DNA of 64,000 bases. Source: a candidate division FCPU426 bacterium (GTDB lineage Bacteria; Oederibacteriota; JAAXVQ01; JAUVAV01). Positions 1 through 13,899 of this stretch are shown in pieces; the first letter of the stretch is position 1, and each line of letters opens with the position of its first letter. The position numbers and the translations under genes were made by a program. The DNA is taken from assembly GCA_040756875.1 (NCBI GenBank), contig JBFLYH010000002.1, forward strand, positions 703,078-767,077, given 5' to 3'. The notes beneath the pieces are model-generated. The model did not search any database, was not told the origin of the DNA, and worked only from the letters and a program-made list of their open reading frames with translations.

Positions 1-129
1 GGGACTTCCGTTGGTCGCCCCAACAGGACAAATATATTTGCGCCTTTGGCGCCATGGGACTTCCGTTGGTCGCCCCAACAGGACAAATATATTTGCGCCT
101 TTGGCGCCACGGGACTTCCGTTGGTCGCC
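1..129. repeat. 55-bp tandem repeat (2 full units + 19-bp partial), truncated by window edge
   Basis: Unit GGGACTTCCGTTGGTCGCCCCAACAGGACAAATATATTTGCGCCTTTGGCGCCA(T/C) at 1-55 and 56-110; partial unit at 111-129. Confidence 0.95.
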
Positions 130-152
130 GGCATAGGGGTTTTATTAATGAC

Positions 153-587
153 TTACTGCTGCAAGGCCTCGGCTGGGGGTTCGTTTTTTACCAGCTGGAT
201 GGTGAGCTTGCGCGGAGTGTAGGCTTTGATTTCAAGGCCGGCCGGCGTGATGAAATCGCCGGGGGCGAGCTGATAGGTGTTGCGTCCGATTTTCATGCCC
301 GACAGGTCCAGGGACACCCAGATCTGCCGTTCGCGCAGGGACAGCATGCGGTCACGTCGTCCGGACAGGGTGACCTGAATGGTATCCGAGGAGGTGCGCG
401 TCATTTCGCTGCCGACCGGCAGATTCTGGAAAAAAATGGGGACCGTGTAAATGGCCTGGATGGTCTGCTGGCCGGCCACGTAGCTCCAGATGACGAAGGC
501 CGCGGCGCCCGCCGCCAGTTTGTACTGCCAGTTGAGGAACACCTTGGTCCGTATGAAATTCATCCAGCGGCGCGGCAGGCCTAACAT
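153..587 (-). CDS. cdaR: CdaR/YbbR-like diadenylate cyclase regulator (single YbbR domain)
   Basis: N-terminal TM helix (NWQYKLAAGAAAFVIWSYV), YbbR-like domain, directly downstream of cdaA; start set at ATG after AAAGGAGA. Confidence 0.75.
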   Translation of the reverse strand: MLGLPRRWMNFIRTKVFLNWQYKLAAGAAAFVIWSYVAGQQTIQAIYTVPIFFQNLPVGSEMTRTSSDTIQVTLSGRRDRMLSLRERQIWVSLDLSGMKIGRNTYQLAPGDFITPAGLEIKAYTPRKLTIQLVKNEPPAEALQQ

Positions 588-635
588 GGCTTCTCCTTTC
601 GACCCCGGCAACGGCCGGGCTCGGATCAGGCGGGA

Positions 636-1412
636 TTATCCCCGCTTGGGACCGTACAAGGTCAGCATTTCCTCCAGGGTCTGGGGGTCGATTGCAGGCG
701 TGATCTTCCCGCCCACGGCCAGGGAAATGCTGCGGTTCTCTTCGGAAATGACGATGGCCACCGCGTCCGTCTCCTCGGTCAGCCCGATGGCCGCGCGGTG
801 GCGCGTGCCCATGTTCTTGGCCACGTTCGGGTCCTCGGTCAGAGGCAGAATGCAGCCGGCCGCCACCACCCGCCCCTCGCGGATGACCGCGGCGCCGTCG
901 TGCAGCGGCGTTTTGGGCACGAACAGCGTGATCAGCAGCTCGCTGGTCAGCTCCGCGTCCAGGAGCGTGCCGCTGTCGATATAGGTTTTGAGCGCCACGT
1001 TGCGTTCGAGCACGATCAGGGCGCCGAGCTTGCGGCGCGACAGGATGCGGCAGGCGTCGGTGATCTCCTTGTACTGCCGTGCCTCGACCTTCATCAGCCC
1101 CTTAAACAGCCCCTGCCTCCCGAGCTGGACGAGGACCCGGCGCAGTTCGGGCTGGAAAATAATGGTGAAGCCGATGATCCACACGGCCCACAAACTGGTC
1201 AGCAGCCAGTTGATCGTATACAGATGCAGCTGCGACCCCAGCAGCCCGAAGCCCAGCAGCACCAAAAAGCCCTTGAGGACCTGCATGGCGCGCGTATCGC
1301 GGATCATAAGCAACAGGTAATAAATCAGGACCGCGACCAGCAGGATGTCCACGGCATCCTGCCAGCGGAAGTCGTTGAGCACCTGGAGCACGCGCGCCAG
1401 TTCCGAGTGCAT
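636..1412 (-). CDS. cdaA: diadenylate cyclase CdaA
   Basis: Three N-terminal TM helices, FQPELRR, PLHDGA and GTRHRAA DAC motifs. Confidence 0.95.
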   Translation of the reverse strand: MHSELARVLQVLNDFRWQDAVDILLVAVLIYYLLLMIRDTRAMQVLKGFLVLLGFGLLGSQLHLYTINWLLTSLWAVWIIGFTIIFQPELRRVLVQLGRQGLFKGLMKVEARQYKEITDACRILSRRKLGALIVLERNVALKTYIDSGTLLDAELTSELLITLFVPKTPLHDGAAVIREGRVVAAGCILPLTEDPNVAKNMGTRHRAAIGLTEETDAVAIVISEENRSISLAVGGKITPAIDPQTLEEMLTLYGPKRG

Positions 1413-1414
1413 GG

Positions 1415-2263
1415 TCAGGCTGCCTTTCCGCGCCGGATGGCCGCCGTCACCTGCGCGACCATGCGCATTTCCGCTACGTCGTGCACGCGGAGGACCCTGG
1501 CGCCACTGGCCACGGCCCAGGCCACCGCGGCGGCCGTTCCCCATACGCGTTCGCGCGGCGGCAGGGGTCCCAACACGGCCGCGAGAAACGCCTTGCGCGA
1601 GGGGCCCACCAACACGGGGTATCCGGCCCGGACCAGCCGGGGCAGCCCGCGCAGCAGGAGCAAATTGTGGCGCGCCGTCTTGCCGAAGCCGATGCCCGGG
1701 TCCAGAATGATGTGCCGCTGCGGCACGCCCGCGGCCCGGGCGCGGCGCGCGGCGGCGAGCAGGGCCCGCCTGACCTCGGCCTCCACGTCGGCATAGCGCG
1801 GGGCCCGCTGCATGGTTTGCGGCGTGCCGCGCATGTGCATGATGATCAGGGGCACGCGCCCGGCGGCCGCCACCCGGTACATGTCCGGATGGTTCAGCCC
1901 GCGGATGTCGTTCAGCAAAGCGGCGCCCACGGACAGGGCGGCCTGCGCGACGTCGGGTTTGTAGGTGTCCACCGAGACCGGGGCCGACAGCCGGGTCAGC
2001 CGCCGCAAAACCGGCAGCAGCCTGCGTTTCTCGGCGTCCGCGGGCAGCGGCGCCGCGCCCGGACGCGTGGATTCCGCGCCCACGTCAAGCAGATCGGCGC
2101 CCGCGGACAGCAGGGCGCGCGCGCGGCGTTCAGCCGAGGCCGGCCCGTTCACCAGGCCGCCGTCGGAAAACGAATCCGGACTCAGGTTGAGAATGCCCAT
2201 GATGAGCGGACGGTCGGGAAGGGTGAAGCGGCGGGTGCGGGTTTGCCAACTCAGGCTCGCCAT
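1415..2263 (-). CDS. folP: dihydropteroate synthase
   Basis: MGILNLSPDSFSDGG, GAESTRPGA, DPGIGFGK, SRK, RVHDV motifs; follows ftsH. Confidence 0.95.
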   Translation of the reverse strand: MASLSWQTRTRRFTLPDRPLIMGILNLSPDSFSDGGLVNGPASAERRARALLSAGADLLDVGAESTRPGAAPLPADAEKRRLLPVLRRLTRLSAPVSVDTYKPDVAQAALSVGAALLNDIRGLNHPDMYRVAAAGRVPLIIMHMRGTPQTMQRAPRYADVEAEVRRALLAAARRARAAGVPQRHIILDPGIGFGKTARHNLLLLRGLPRLVRAGYPVLVGPSRKAFLAAVLGPLPPRERVWGTAAAVAWAVASGARVLRVHDVAEMRMVAQVTAAIRRGKAA

Positions 2264-2376
2264 AGGGCGGGACTCCGGGTGTCGCGGCGGTCGGAGCCCT
2301 TCGTCCCCCGGGCGTGAAGCGCGGGACGAGCGGAGGCTTCTCCCTCCCGCCCGCAGCAAAGACGGTGGCGGAGGGA

Positions 2377-4242
<1,866 letters not shown>

Positions 4243-4265
4243 CGCAACCGCTTAAGGCGTGATTC

Positions 4266-4294
4266 AATCTAGCACACTGCCCCAGGGCTGGCAA
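4266..4294 (-). promoter_or_regulatory. sigma-70-type promoter of ftsH
   Basis: Minus strand TTGCCA-N17-TAGATT with TG extended -10. Confidence 0.6.
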
Positions 4295-4332
4295 CTTCAA
4301 TTTTTTTTCGAATAAAAAGGGATTTTACTAGA

Positions 4333-4359
4333 TTATCGGCTTGAAAAACCTCTTTTTTA
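4333..4359 (-). promoter_or_regulatory. sigma-28-type promoter upstream of ftsH
   Basis: Minus strand TAAA-AAAGAGGTTTTTCAA(15)-GCCGATAA, exact FliA consensus, in the tilS-ftsH intergenic region. Confidence 0.7.
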
Positions 4360-4366
4360 CATATAT

Positions 4367-5827
4367 TTAGCGACTTTTACCGTCCCTGAACCCAGATGCG
4401 GGGCTTGCCTTGAATATCCTTATTTTCAAGGCTTTTTTCGATGACGCCTGCAGCTTCAATCTCTCCGACATAGGGCCCTCGAAGACCCACAGGACCTCCT
4501 GTCCTTGGGCAATCAGCGGCCAGTCTTTCCGCTGCTCAGGCGGCAAACCCATGGCGGTGAATACTTTTTTCACGTCCTGCCTGTGGCCGGACATTCCGAG
4601 GGGCCGGATAAAATCGTCCGGTTGATAGGTCCTTGCCACCCACGATTTTTTCCACGACGCGGCATCGCATATGATCTGCTGCGGCCGGCGCGGCCCGCGC
4701 GCGGCGCGAATGGTGCGGGGCGCGGGAACAACCGCCACTTCGACCCCGAACGGACACGCGGGGTTCAAATTCACTCCGGGCCGGAGGCTAAGACGCCAGG
4801 ACGAACGGCGCGCGGCTGTCGCCGGCCGTCGCCCGAAAGTCCACTGCCGCGAAGTGACACGGCTGGTCCAGCCGCCGGGCAGACTCAGGCCCGCGTGCCC
4901 CTGTTCGCAGGCTGACACCACGCGCTCCAGATGCAGGGAGGATTTATGCGGCACGCCCAACTGGTCCCAGGCCAGGCCGGCCACGCGAAATTTCAGGGTC
5001 TGGGGCAGGCGCAGGAACCCGGCGCGGTCCAGGGTCAGCGTGCCCGCGGGGCCCGGCCGGGTCAGGCGGCGCAGAGCCCGCTCCGCCAGGCGCGCCAGAT
5101 AATCGTCGTCGCGGGCCTGGCCCGCGGCCAGGGCTCCCAGCCGGTGGACGATTTGGGGGTTGAACGCGCGCTCCAACATGGGCAGCAGGCGCCGCCGGAT
5201 GCGGTTGCGCGTGAATTCCTGCGAGCGGTTGCTGCGGTCCTCGCGCCAGCGCAACCCGCGGCTGCGGCAATAGGCTTCCAGTTCCCGCTTGCGCACGCCC
5301 AGCAGCGGGCGCAGCAGCAGCAGGCCGGCCGGCGCGGCCGGATGCGGGAACAATTTAGCCGGGCGCATGGCCGCCAGTCCCTGGCCGCCGGCCCCGCGCA
5401 GCAGTTGGGCCAGCACGGTTTCCGCCTGGTCGTCGAGATGGTGGGCCAGGAGCACGGCCGCGGCCCGCCAGTGCCAGGCCGCGTCCACCAGGCAGGCGTG
5501 CCGCACCATGCGGCCGGCTTCCTCGAGCGTCATTCGCCGCTTGGCCGCGAGCTGATTCACCTGGCTGCGGTAGCACCAGCAGGACAGCCCCAGCCGGCGG
5601 GCCTGGGCCTGCACCAGGCGCTGGTCCAGGTCCGCGTCCCGGGACCGGAGGCCGTGGTGGACATGGACGACTTTCAAGCGGCGCCGGGCGTCGGGGATGC
5701 AGGCTGCGGCCAGGTCGAGGAGCGCGAGGGAATCGGCGCCACCGGAAACGCCGACGAGGACCGCGCCGCGCCGGGGCAGGTGCGCGGCGAACGCGGCTTG
5801 CGCTTCGGACAGCACGCGGTTGGCCAT
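4367..5827 (-). CDS. tilS: tRNA(Ile)-lysidine synthetase
   Basis: SGGADS PP-loop, HVHHGLR, AHHLDDQAET, RPLL, EDRSN..RNRIR; tilS-ftsH synteny. Confidence 0.95.
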   Translation of the reverse strand: MANRVLSEAQAAFAAHLPRRGAVLVGVSGGADSLALLDLAAACIPDARRRLKVVHVHHGLRSRDADLDQRLVQAQARRLGLSCWCYRSQVNQLAAKRRMTLEEAGRMVRHACLVDAAWHWRAAAVLLAHHLDDQAETVLAQLLRGAGGQGLAAMRPAKLFPHPAAPAGLLLLRPLLGVRKRELEAYCRSRGLRWREDRSNRSQEFTRNRIRRRLLPMLERAFNPQIVHRLGALAAGQARDDDYLARLAERALRRLTRPGPAGTLTLDRAGFLRLPQTLKFRVAGLAWDQLGVPHKSSLHLERVVSACEQGHAGLSLPGGWTSRVTSRQWTFGRRPATAARRSSWRLSLRPGVNLNPACPFGVEVAVVPAPRTIRAARGPRRPQQIICDAASWKKSWVARTYQPDDFIRPLGMSGHRQDVKKVFTAMGLPPEQRKDWPLIAQGQEVLWVFEGPMSERLKLQASSKKALKIRIFKASPASGFRDGKSR

Positions 5828-5835
5828 GAAGGGGG

Positions 5836-7372
5836 TTAATTCAGCAGGACGTCGGCCCCGACGTAATCGATGACCATCTGGCGCCAGCGCCGATACGTGA
5901 CGCGGTTGAGGAATTCCACGGGATTGTAATCATCCGTGCACACCACGGCCTGGTCCGCGCCGTAAATCTCGACCTGGCGGGTTTTCAGGTCCTGCCAGGC
6001 CGGGTCGTCGGCCGGCTCGGGCGGAATCGGGCCGCGTCCGGCCACGAAGTCGATGTTGCCGAATTTCTCCTTTGAGTCGCGGAAATAGGCCCCGCACCAC
6101 ACGTTGGCTGATTTGAGCGTGGCGAACACTGACGCCGAAGCGGCCCGGTGGGGGCCCTGGATGTAGCCCACGAAGTTAAGGGCCACGATGCCGTTGGGCG
6201 CCAGGATGCGGTTGACCTCCTCGAAAAACTCCCGCGTCAGCATGTGCGTGGGAAACGACTCGCCGGAGAAGGTGTTGCACACCACCACATCGTATTTTTT
6301 CCCGCACGCGCGTATGAAGCGCCTGCCGTCATTGAGCGTGATATGGGCCCGCCGGGGATCCACCCCGAAAAAGCGGGTGGCCACGTCAAAGATTTTCGGA
6401 TCGATCTCCACCACGTCCACTTCCAGGCCGCGATCCAGCAGAGCGTGGATCATGTTCCCGCCGCCCAGGCCGAGCACCAGGGCCTGGCGCGCCTGGGGAT
6501 TGAAACGGCTGATCAGGAGATCCATGTCCTTGACGTACGGAGGCGTGGCCTGGTGCGTCGCGGCCAGCTCGCCGGACTGGGTCACGCCGTCTACCAACAG
6601 CAGCCGCTGCGCGCCGAAGTCCACGACTTTAATTTCGCCGTAGAAACTGGTGGTCTTATACACCAGTTTGACCCGGTCATTGCGGATGACCGTGGAATTC
6701 GCGGATAAAAGCGCGGCGGCTCCGGCCAACCCCAGGGCCAGCAGGGTCATGGCCATGCCCAGCTTTTGCCGGCGGTAAACCAGGAAATACAAAGCCGGCA
6801 TGAGCAGCAGCGTCAGGCCCAAAGACAGCAGGATCACTCTCAGGTTGAAATGGGGAATCAGGTAAAAACCCATGGTGATCGTCCCTAAAAAGCTTCCCAA
6901 GGTGGAGACCGCGTACAACAAACCCACCCGCGAACCCAGTTTTTCAAACTGGTCGGTGAACAGTTTGGTGGCATAGGGGCTGACCATGCCGAGCAGGAAC
7001 AGCGGCAGGCCGAACAGCAGGGTGCTGCCCACCAAGACGCCGCCGCGCACGCCGAACTGCCCGGCAAACGTCAGCACCGGGTTGCGCAATACCGGGATCA
7101 GCAGCGTGGCTGCGGCCGCCAGCAGGATCGCCAGGTACAGAAACTCCGGACGGCGCCGGTTGTCCGCCCACAGGCCGCCCAGCCAGTAACCCGCGGCCAG
7201 GGCCAGGAGCGTCACGGTGATGAGCGCGGACCAGACATAGATGCCCACTCCGAAATAGGGTCCGACCACGCGGGTGCCCACCACTTCGAGCATCATGACC
7301 ACGTTCCCCGTGATGAAGATCGTGGTCATGAGGAACCAGGGTGAAACGGACGTCCGTTCCGGGGACGGTGTT

Positions 7373-7383
<11 letters not shown>
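5836..7383 (-). CDS. fused membrane domain/spermidine-synthase-like SAM-dependent protein
   Basis: About 7 TM helices (MMLEVVGTRVVGPYFG, LYAVSTLGSFLG), then LGLGGG, VEIDP, DGRRF, TDDYNP. Confidence 0.8.
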
Positions 7384-9235
<1,852 letters not shown>

Positions 9236-9360
9236 GAAATGAACCTCCTGAAAAATCCAATTAAACGACCCCTATTCTATTACTGCAAGAGGAAAAATGC
9301 ATGATAAATTTGAGGGGTTCAGTATAGTAAAATTCCAAGCGCTATTTGTGCTATTTTTTA

Positions 9361-11841
9361 TTAAGAAGAGATCGGGATAGGAATAGCCAAACCAACTTGG
9401 ATGGCAACAGGAGTATAAATATCAATATCTTGGCGAGGAGTATTGATAGAAATAATTAACGAATATCGACTTTTTCTATTCCATCTATGTAAACTATTTC
9501 TTTCACGCCACCATCCCACTGCAGGATAAACAGCAATTTTGTTTGAATTTGAAAGATCAATAGCTCGGCCTTTCCATTTATCAGAATGTATCGATCCCAC
9601 ATTTCTAGCTTCACCTATTAACCACCTATCCCTTGGGCCTACTGTGCCTGGTGATAGGCCGTCTTGACGGGCCTGAGAGTTAATGCGTTCAACAAACTGT
9701 TTTTCAGACTCTCCAGGACCATTCATTTCAAACCGAAATGCATGCGAGGCGTATCTGTAACGGTTATCCCATCCAATTTCACCTGGACCAGGTTCGATAA
9801 AATACGAGAGTGTTACTCTCATTTCAATTGGAGTTTCACCTAATTCAGCAAGTACTTCTTTAGGCCAGGGCAACCTATAAAGATGCATCGCATTTGTTAT
9901 GTATACATTTTTCTTTTTATTAAATGGCTGAAGCTCTGCCTGAGCTATTAAAGTTAATGAATTTGACGCGCAATAAAGCGCCCTTTCCAGATTGGGTACA
10001 CCATATCCACAAATTCGAATTAATCTCACGTAATCACGCTTTGTGGGGTTTGTTACATTCATAAACCGCGACTTCATCTCATCAGTCCATTCTGCTGTAT
10101 GAACTATCAACGCACGAATGGTTTCAGGCCAAGACTCAGGATATCGCGCGTATATTTTTGCTGCCATCCATGAAGCTTGCGCAGTAGCCGCGCTTGTTTG
10201 ACCAAAAACAGAAAACTGGGCTATCTGAGGATCAGAGTGTGTAGAAAGCAATCCAAGATCATCTGAATTAATTATTGAATCATTAGGACCTTTGGCGACA
10301 TTTCCGCCTTCAAATAGAACATCTGGTTTTAATGGCCACTTATTTTCAGGCCAAACCGACGACGTCGTACTATATGGCGACAAACCACCACTTGGTGCGA
10401 TTGCAGAGAAGGCCTTTAGACTTTGATCGACAATATTTATTTTAGTTGTATAAGCGCCTATTGTTAATGCATTCCACGATTGTCCGGGATCTTGGATTTC
10501 GCTTGTTAAATTAGCCTCCGGGTATCTTCTCCAGTATTCCGCACCGATAACATTCCCACCACTTACAATAAGCAACCTGTGTATGTCATCGCTATAACCC
10601 GATGATAAAGCATCAATTTCCGCCGACCAAGATGATGGCCGTCCGCGATCAATGCTATCCGACGATGTAATTGCCATACAAATAATACGTTTACGCTTAG
10701 GGGAATGTATTTCAGCCAAACTTATTCCCTGTGCTGTTAAATAGCCCCATAGTTCTCTGGGATTTTGAGCAGGGTGTGGGGGAAGTATTTTCACAGACTC
10801 GAGACAATGTTGAATATCGATTGGATCATCATTATTAAGTAGCGTTAGTAAATCACCATAAACTGCCGTCCCGGCCATTAAAGTGCCATGAGCTCTATTT
10901 GGTTGATCATCATTTATTCCCCATTCGGCTCGAACTGTATGCAAATCGCCATTATGTAATATCGGCGCTAATAAAATGTGGCCATTATTTACACCTGTAT
11001 CCAAAATACAAATTGCTACACCAGAAGTATTATTGAACAAACAGCGGTTAAGGAGATTTCTTGCGACTTGTAACTGTTGTTGATTATCAAGTTCTAATAA
11101 ATATGTTGCAACTGCTTTTGCCAATCTAAATTCCGCAATATCATCCGATGATTCAATTATTCTCTCTAATTGACTCCGATTTGCACATATTAAAACGACA
11201 GCACGCTCGGGAAATTTGAGGAATCCCTCGGCAATATTTATTCCCAGTCTGTTTGCTAATTCAACAAACCGTCTAGTCGAGTCACCTTTCGCTTCGTTAA
11301 GCCACACTTCAATCCACCCAGGTGTTTCACCCGGTATCTTCTCAAGCTCATCGCACCAAAAGGATTCTAGGACAACGCGATGAATCTCAGACACACTTTC
11401 AATTAGTTTCTTATTTTTAGGCTTGTTACTTCGGCGATTTAATTCTTCGGCATATGCTTTAATTTTATTTAAAAAATAGGAGCGCTTATTGATAGGTATA
11501 TAAACGGTGGCTTGAATTCGCTCAGTTTCCCCGCTTGCTATTCTACGGACATTCAATAAACGTATATCCGAAGATACTCTTTCCAAGCTCTGGAATGCAA
11601 GGTCAAAACCAGGCTCTCCGGCAAACCCAAGGTAAACGCCTTCTCTTTCCACATGAATTTGAGTATACCGCTGTTCTGTTTCTTTCCATGCTTTCAAGAA
11701 AGAATCTCTAAGAAAGATACTATGATTTACGCGGACTCTTTGAGGAATTCGAAAATCCGAAGATCCTTTTCGGGGGTTGGTAAATTCGATCGCTTTTGTT
11801 GGGGCATTTAAAAATATATGTCTATATTGCTCTCCAGCCAT
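9361..11841 (-). CDS. S8 subtilisin-like protease, IetS/Y4bN-type
   Basis: ILDTGV (Asp), AHGTLMAG (His), GQTSAA (Ser), WPETIRALIVH, GYGVP; no signal peptide; AT-rich; follows AAA ATPase. Confidence 0.85.
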   Translation of the reverse strand: MAGEQYRHIFLNAPTKAIEFTNPRKGSSDFRIPQRVRVNHSIFLRDSFLKAWKETEQRYTQIHVEREGVYLGFAGEPGFDLAFQSLERVSSDIRLLNVRRIASGETERIQATVYIPINKRSYFLNKIKAYAEELNRRSNKPKNKKLIESVSEIHRVVLESFWCDELEKIPGETPGWIEVWLNEAKGDSTRRFVELANRLGINIAEGFLKFPERAVVLICANRSQLERIIESSDDIAEFRLAKAVATYLLELDNQQQLQVARNLLNRCLFNNTSGVAICILDTGVNNGHILLAPILHNGDLHTVRAEWGINDDQPNRAHGTLMAGTAVYGDLLTLLNNDDPIDIQHCLESVKILPPHPAQNPRELWGYLTAQGISLAEIHSPKRKRIICMAITSSDSIDRGRPSSWSAEIDALSSGYSDDIHRLLIVSGGNVIGAEYWRRYPEANLTSEIQDPGQSWNALTIGAYTTKINIVDQSLKAFSAIAPSGGLSPYSTTSSVWPENKWPLKPDVLFEGGNVAKGPNDSIINSDDLGLLSTHSDPQIAQFSVFGQTSAATAQASWMAAKIYARYPESWPETIRALIVHTAEWTDEMKSRFMNVTNPTKRDYVRLIRICGYGVPNLERALYCASNSLTLIAQAELQPFNKKKNVYITNAMHLYRLPWPKEVLAELGETPIEMRVTLSYFIEPGPGEIGWDNRYRYASHAFRFEMNGPGESEKQFVERINSQARQDGLSPGTVGPRDRWLIGEARNVGSIHSDKWKGRAIDLSNSNKIAVYPAVGWWRERNSLHRWNRKSRYSLIISINTPRQDIDIYTPVAIQVGLAIPIPISS

Positions 11842-11853
11842 TAAAAATTACCT

Positions 11854-12822
11854 CTACAGCCTTTTATGTGTTGCGCGCCTTTCCCCGATCATTTGTAGTA
11901 GGAGTTCTGTACTAACCGTTTTCATGTTATTCAGAATGGCTTTTTTAATTGCATCTCTGCAGACTTGTGCTATTTCCGCATGACTTAGACCCTTACTCTC
12001 TTTTAAAACTTTTTTCCAAATAAAATTATTTGAATAAAATTCACCGAGGATATTTCGTATCAACTTTCTACGATCTTCAACTTCGGGCTCTGTATAATGC
12101 AGAACATCATCAAATCTCCTAAAAAGTGCAGCATCTAGCAATCTCGGGCTATTTGATGCCGCAATAATAAGGCTATCGGATGTATTATGTTCAATGAACT
12201 GCAAGAAGGAATTTAAGACTCTGCGCATTTCTCCGACATCGTTATCTAATGTCCGTGCACCACCAATCGCATCAAATTCATCAAACAAATAGACACCTTG
12301 ATTTTTTTGAATTTGTTCAAATATCAGACGCAATTTTGCACTAGTTTCGCCCATGAATTTAGTGACCAACTTATCAACCTGGACAGAATAAAATGGCAAT
12401 CTTAATTCATGTGCAAGAATTCTGCTGGTCATTGTCTTGCCTGTTCCTGGCGGACCTATTAACATTATTTTTCTTCTATGAAAAAGACCATAGCTTTTAA
12501 GAATATGCTGTTGTCTAAACTCATGAATAATTCTTTCGATCCTGTTTAATAATGCACTTGGTACCACTAAGGCAGATTTCGGAACATAGGTATCTTCAGG
12601 TAATAACAAATCCAAAAGGTCGTTCGGAACCCTTGATAATTTCGTCCTATTTTCTCGTCTTGCGTTTTCAACAATATCTCTAATATCATGTGCAAGCGCA
12701 CCATGACCTTGCTGTGCCTCTTGGGCTGCTACTTGTAATGCAACCGTGAAGAACATTTCTTGATCTTCGCCAAAGTGTGACCGAATTAGAGCTTTTATCT
12801 GTTCGGCCGTTGCCATTCTCAT
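11854..12822 (-). CDS. AAA+ ATPase, IetA-type
   Basis: [41 protein letters not shown]; 12 bp upstream of the S8 gene. Confidence 0.88.
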   Translation of the reverse strand: MRMATAEQIKALIRSHFGEDQEMFFTVALQVAAQEAQQGHGALAHDIRDIVENARRENRTKLSRVPNDLLDLLLPEDTYVPKSALVVPSALLNRIERIIHEFRQQHILKSYGLFHRRKIMLIGPPGTGKTMTSRILAHELRLPFYSVQVDKLVTKFMGETSAKLRLIFEQIQKNQGVYLFDEFDAIGGARTLDNDVGEMRRVLNSFLQFIEHNTSDSLIIAASNSPRLLDAALFRRFDDVLHYTEPEVEDRRKLIRNILGEFYSNNFIWKKVLKESKGLSHAEIAQVCRDAIKKAILNNMKTVSTELLLQMIGERRATHKRL

Positions 12823-13091
12823 CCCTCATTAAAGTTAAATTTCAAAGATATAACCTATTAATCCTAGTAATTGGTTCAGTTATATCATGTTAAACACTGC
12901 ATTAATAGACAATAAAAAGTAAAAATACCAGACATTCGATTGCGTAGTTTGGCCTTTTCTTTATTTTTCTCAGCCGTTTTTAAATTCGTTTTAAAAGTAA
13001 TAATGCAATCTCCTATATACCCAAGTTACAGCTCTGGTTGCTTTTATTGTTTATCTGAATCCACTAACATCTACTTTACCCGCCTTCCGCC

Positions 13092-13460
13092 TTACGCTCC
13101 TGCCAATCCCCGCTCCAGGGCCACGATGATCTCCTGATTCAGGCTCACGCCTTCACGCTCGGCCTCGTAGGTGAGTTTCCGGTGCAGGGTTTTCGGTATA
13201 CGGATGTTTAGTTTGCCGCTATAAGCATCTCGGGGCAAGGGCACGGGTTTGCCACTTTCTAAAGTAGCCTTGATCCACAACGCCTTGGCCTTTTCGACCA
13301 TCTTCAACGCCTCTTCCTCGGTTTCTCCCTGGGAAATGCACCCGGGCAAATCCGGAATAAGGGCGGCAAAACCTCCCTCTTCCTTATCTGGCACCAACTC
13401 AATCCGATAGTCCATGGCTAGAAAACGCTTTACGTCTTGAACATGGGAGTTTTTATTCAT
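13092..13460 (-). CDS. hicB: HicB-family antitoxin
   Basis: IPDLPGCISQGETEEEAL domain plus RHH-type C-terminus YSGKLNIRIPKTLH..GVSLN. Confidence 0.9.
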   Translation of the reverse strand: MNKNSHVQDVKRFLAMDYRIELVPDKEEGGFAALIPDLPGCISQGETEEEALKMVEKAKALWIKATLESGKPVPLPRDAYSGKLNIRIPKTLHRKLTYEAEREGVSLNQEIIVALERGLAGA

Positions 13461-13465
13461 TTTGT

Positions 13466-13714
13466 TTACACCTCTTTCTGACCGCTTAAATGACGCCTGA
13501 GCACTTCCCTTACCTGCTCGATATAAACGCGTTTGACCGGTGAACGGCGCGGTACAACGACAACCGGATATGTTTGATGCCGAAAAACCATATGACTTCC
13601 CTTCCCCGAACTGGCCAAATACCCCAATTGCATTAAAACCCTCTGCAACTCCTCGAATCTAAGTTCCTTAGGGGCGTGAAGTATCTTGATAAAGAGTTTC
13701 TCGAGTCTGGTCAC
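13466..13714 (-). CDS. hicA: HicA-family mRNA interferase toxin
   Basis: 82 aa, basic, GKGSHMVFRH motif, upstream of hicB. Confidence 0.85.
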   Translation of the reverse strand: MTRLEKLFIKILHAPKELRFEELQRVLMQLGYLASSGKGSHMVFRHQTYPVVVVPRRSPVKRVYIEQVREVLRRHLSGQKEV

Positions 13715-13753
13715 CGAAGGCCGCCTCCTCGCGAACGCTCCGGCTTAATATTT

Positions 13754-13782
13754 ATAGTACCATATATGGTACTACGTTTCAA
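13754..13782 (-). promoter_or_regulatory. hicAB promoter with overlapping perfect 20-bp palindromic operator
   Basis: Minus strand TTGAAA-N17-TACTAT; TAGTACCATATATGGTACTA (13755-13774) covers the spacer and -10. Confidence 0.75.
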
Positions 13783-13899
13783 CTGCCTGCGCCGGAAGCT
13801 TTAATTGGTGATTTAGACCTTCGGAAACTGGAATCCTTGCGGAATATTTTACCGTGGGTAAATCCTCAACCCTTACCAGAACACGTACAAACTAGATCC

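Noticed and set aside
1-129. CRISPR array
   Set aside because: The units are identical over their whole length, so there are no unique spacers, and no cas genes are in the window
12823-13090. Coding gene in the AT-rich gap (65-aa ORF)
   Set aside because: No recognisable motif or RBS; the opposite strand has stops; probably promoter or decayed DNA
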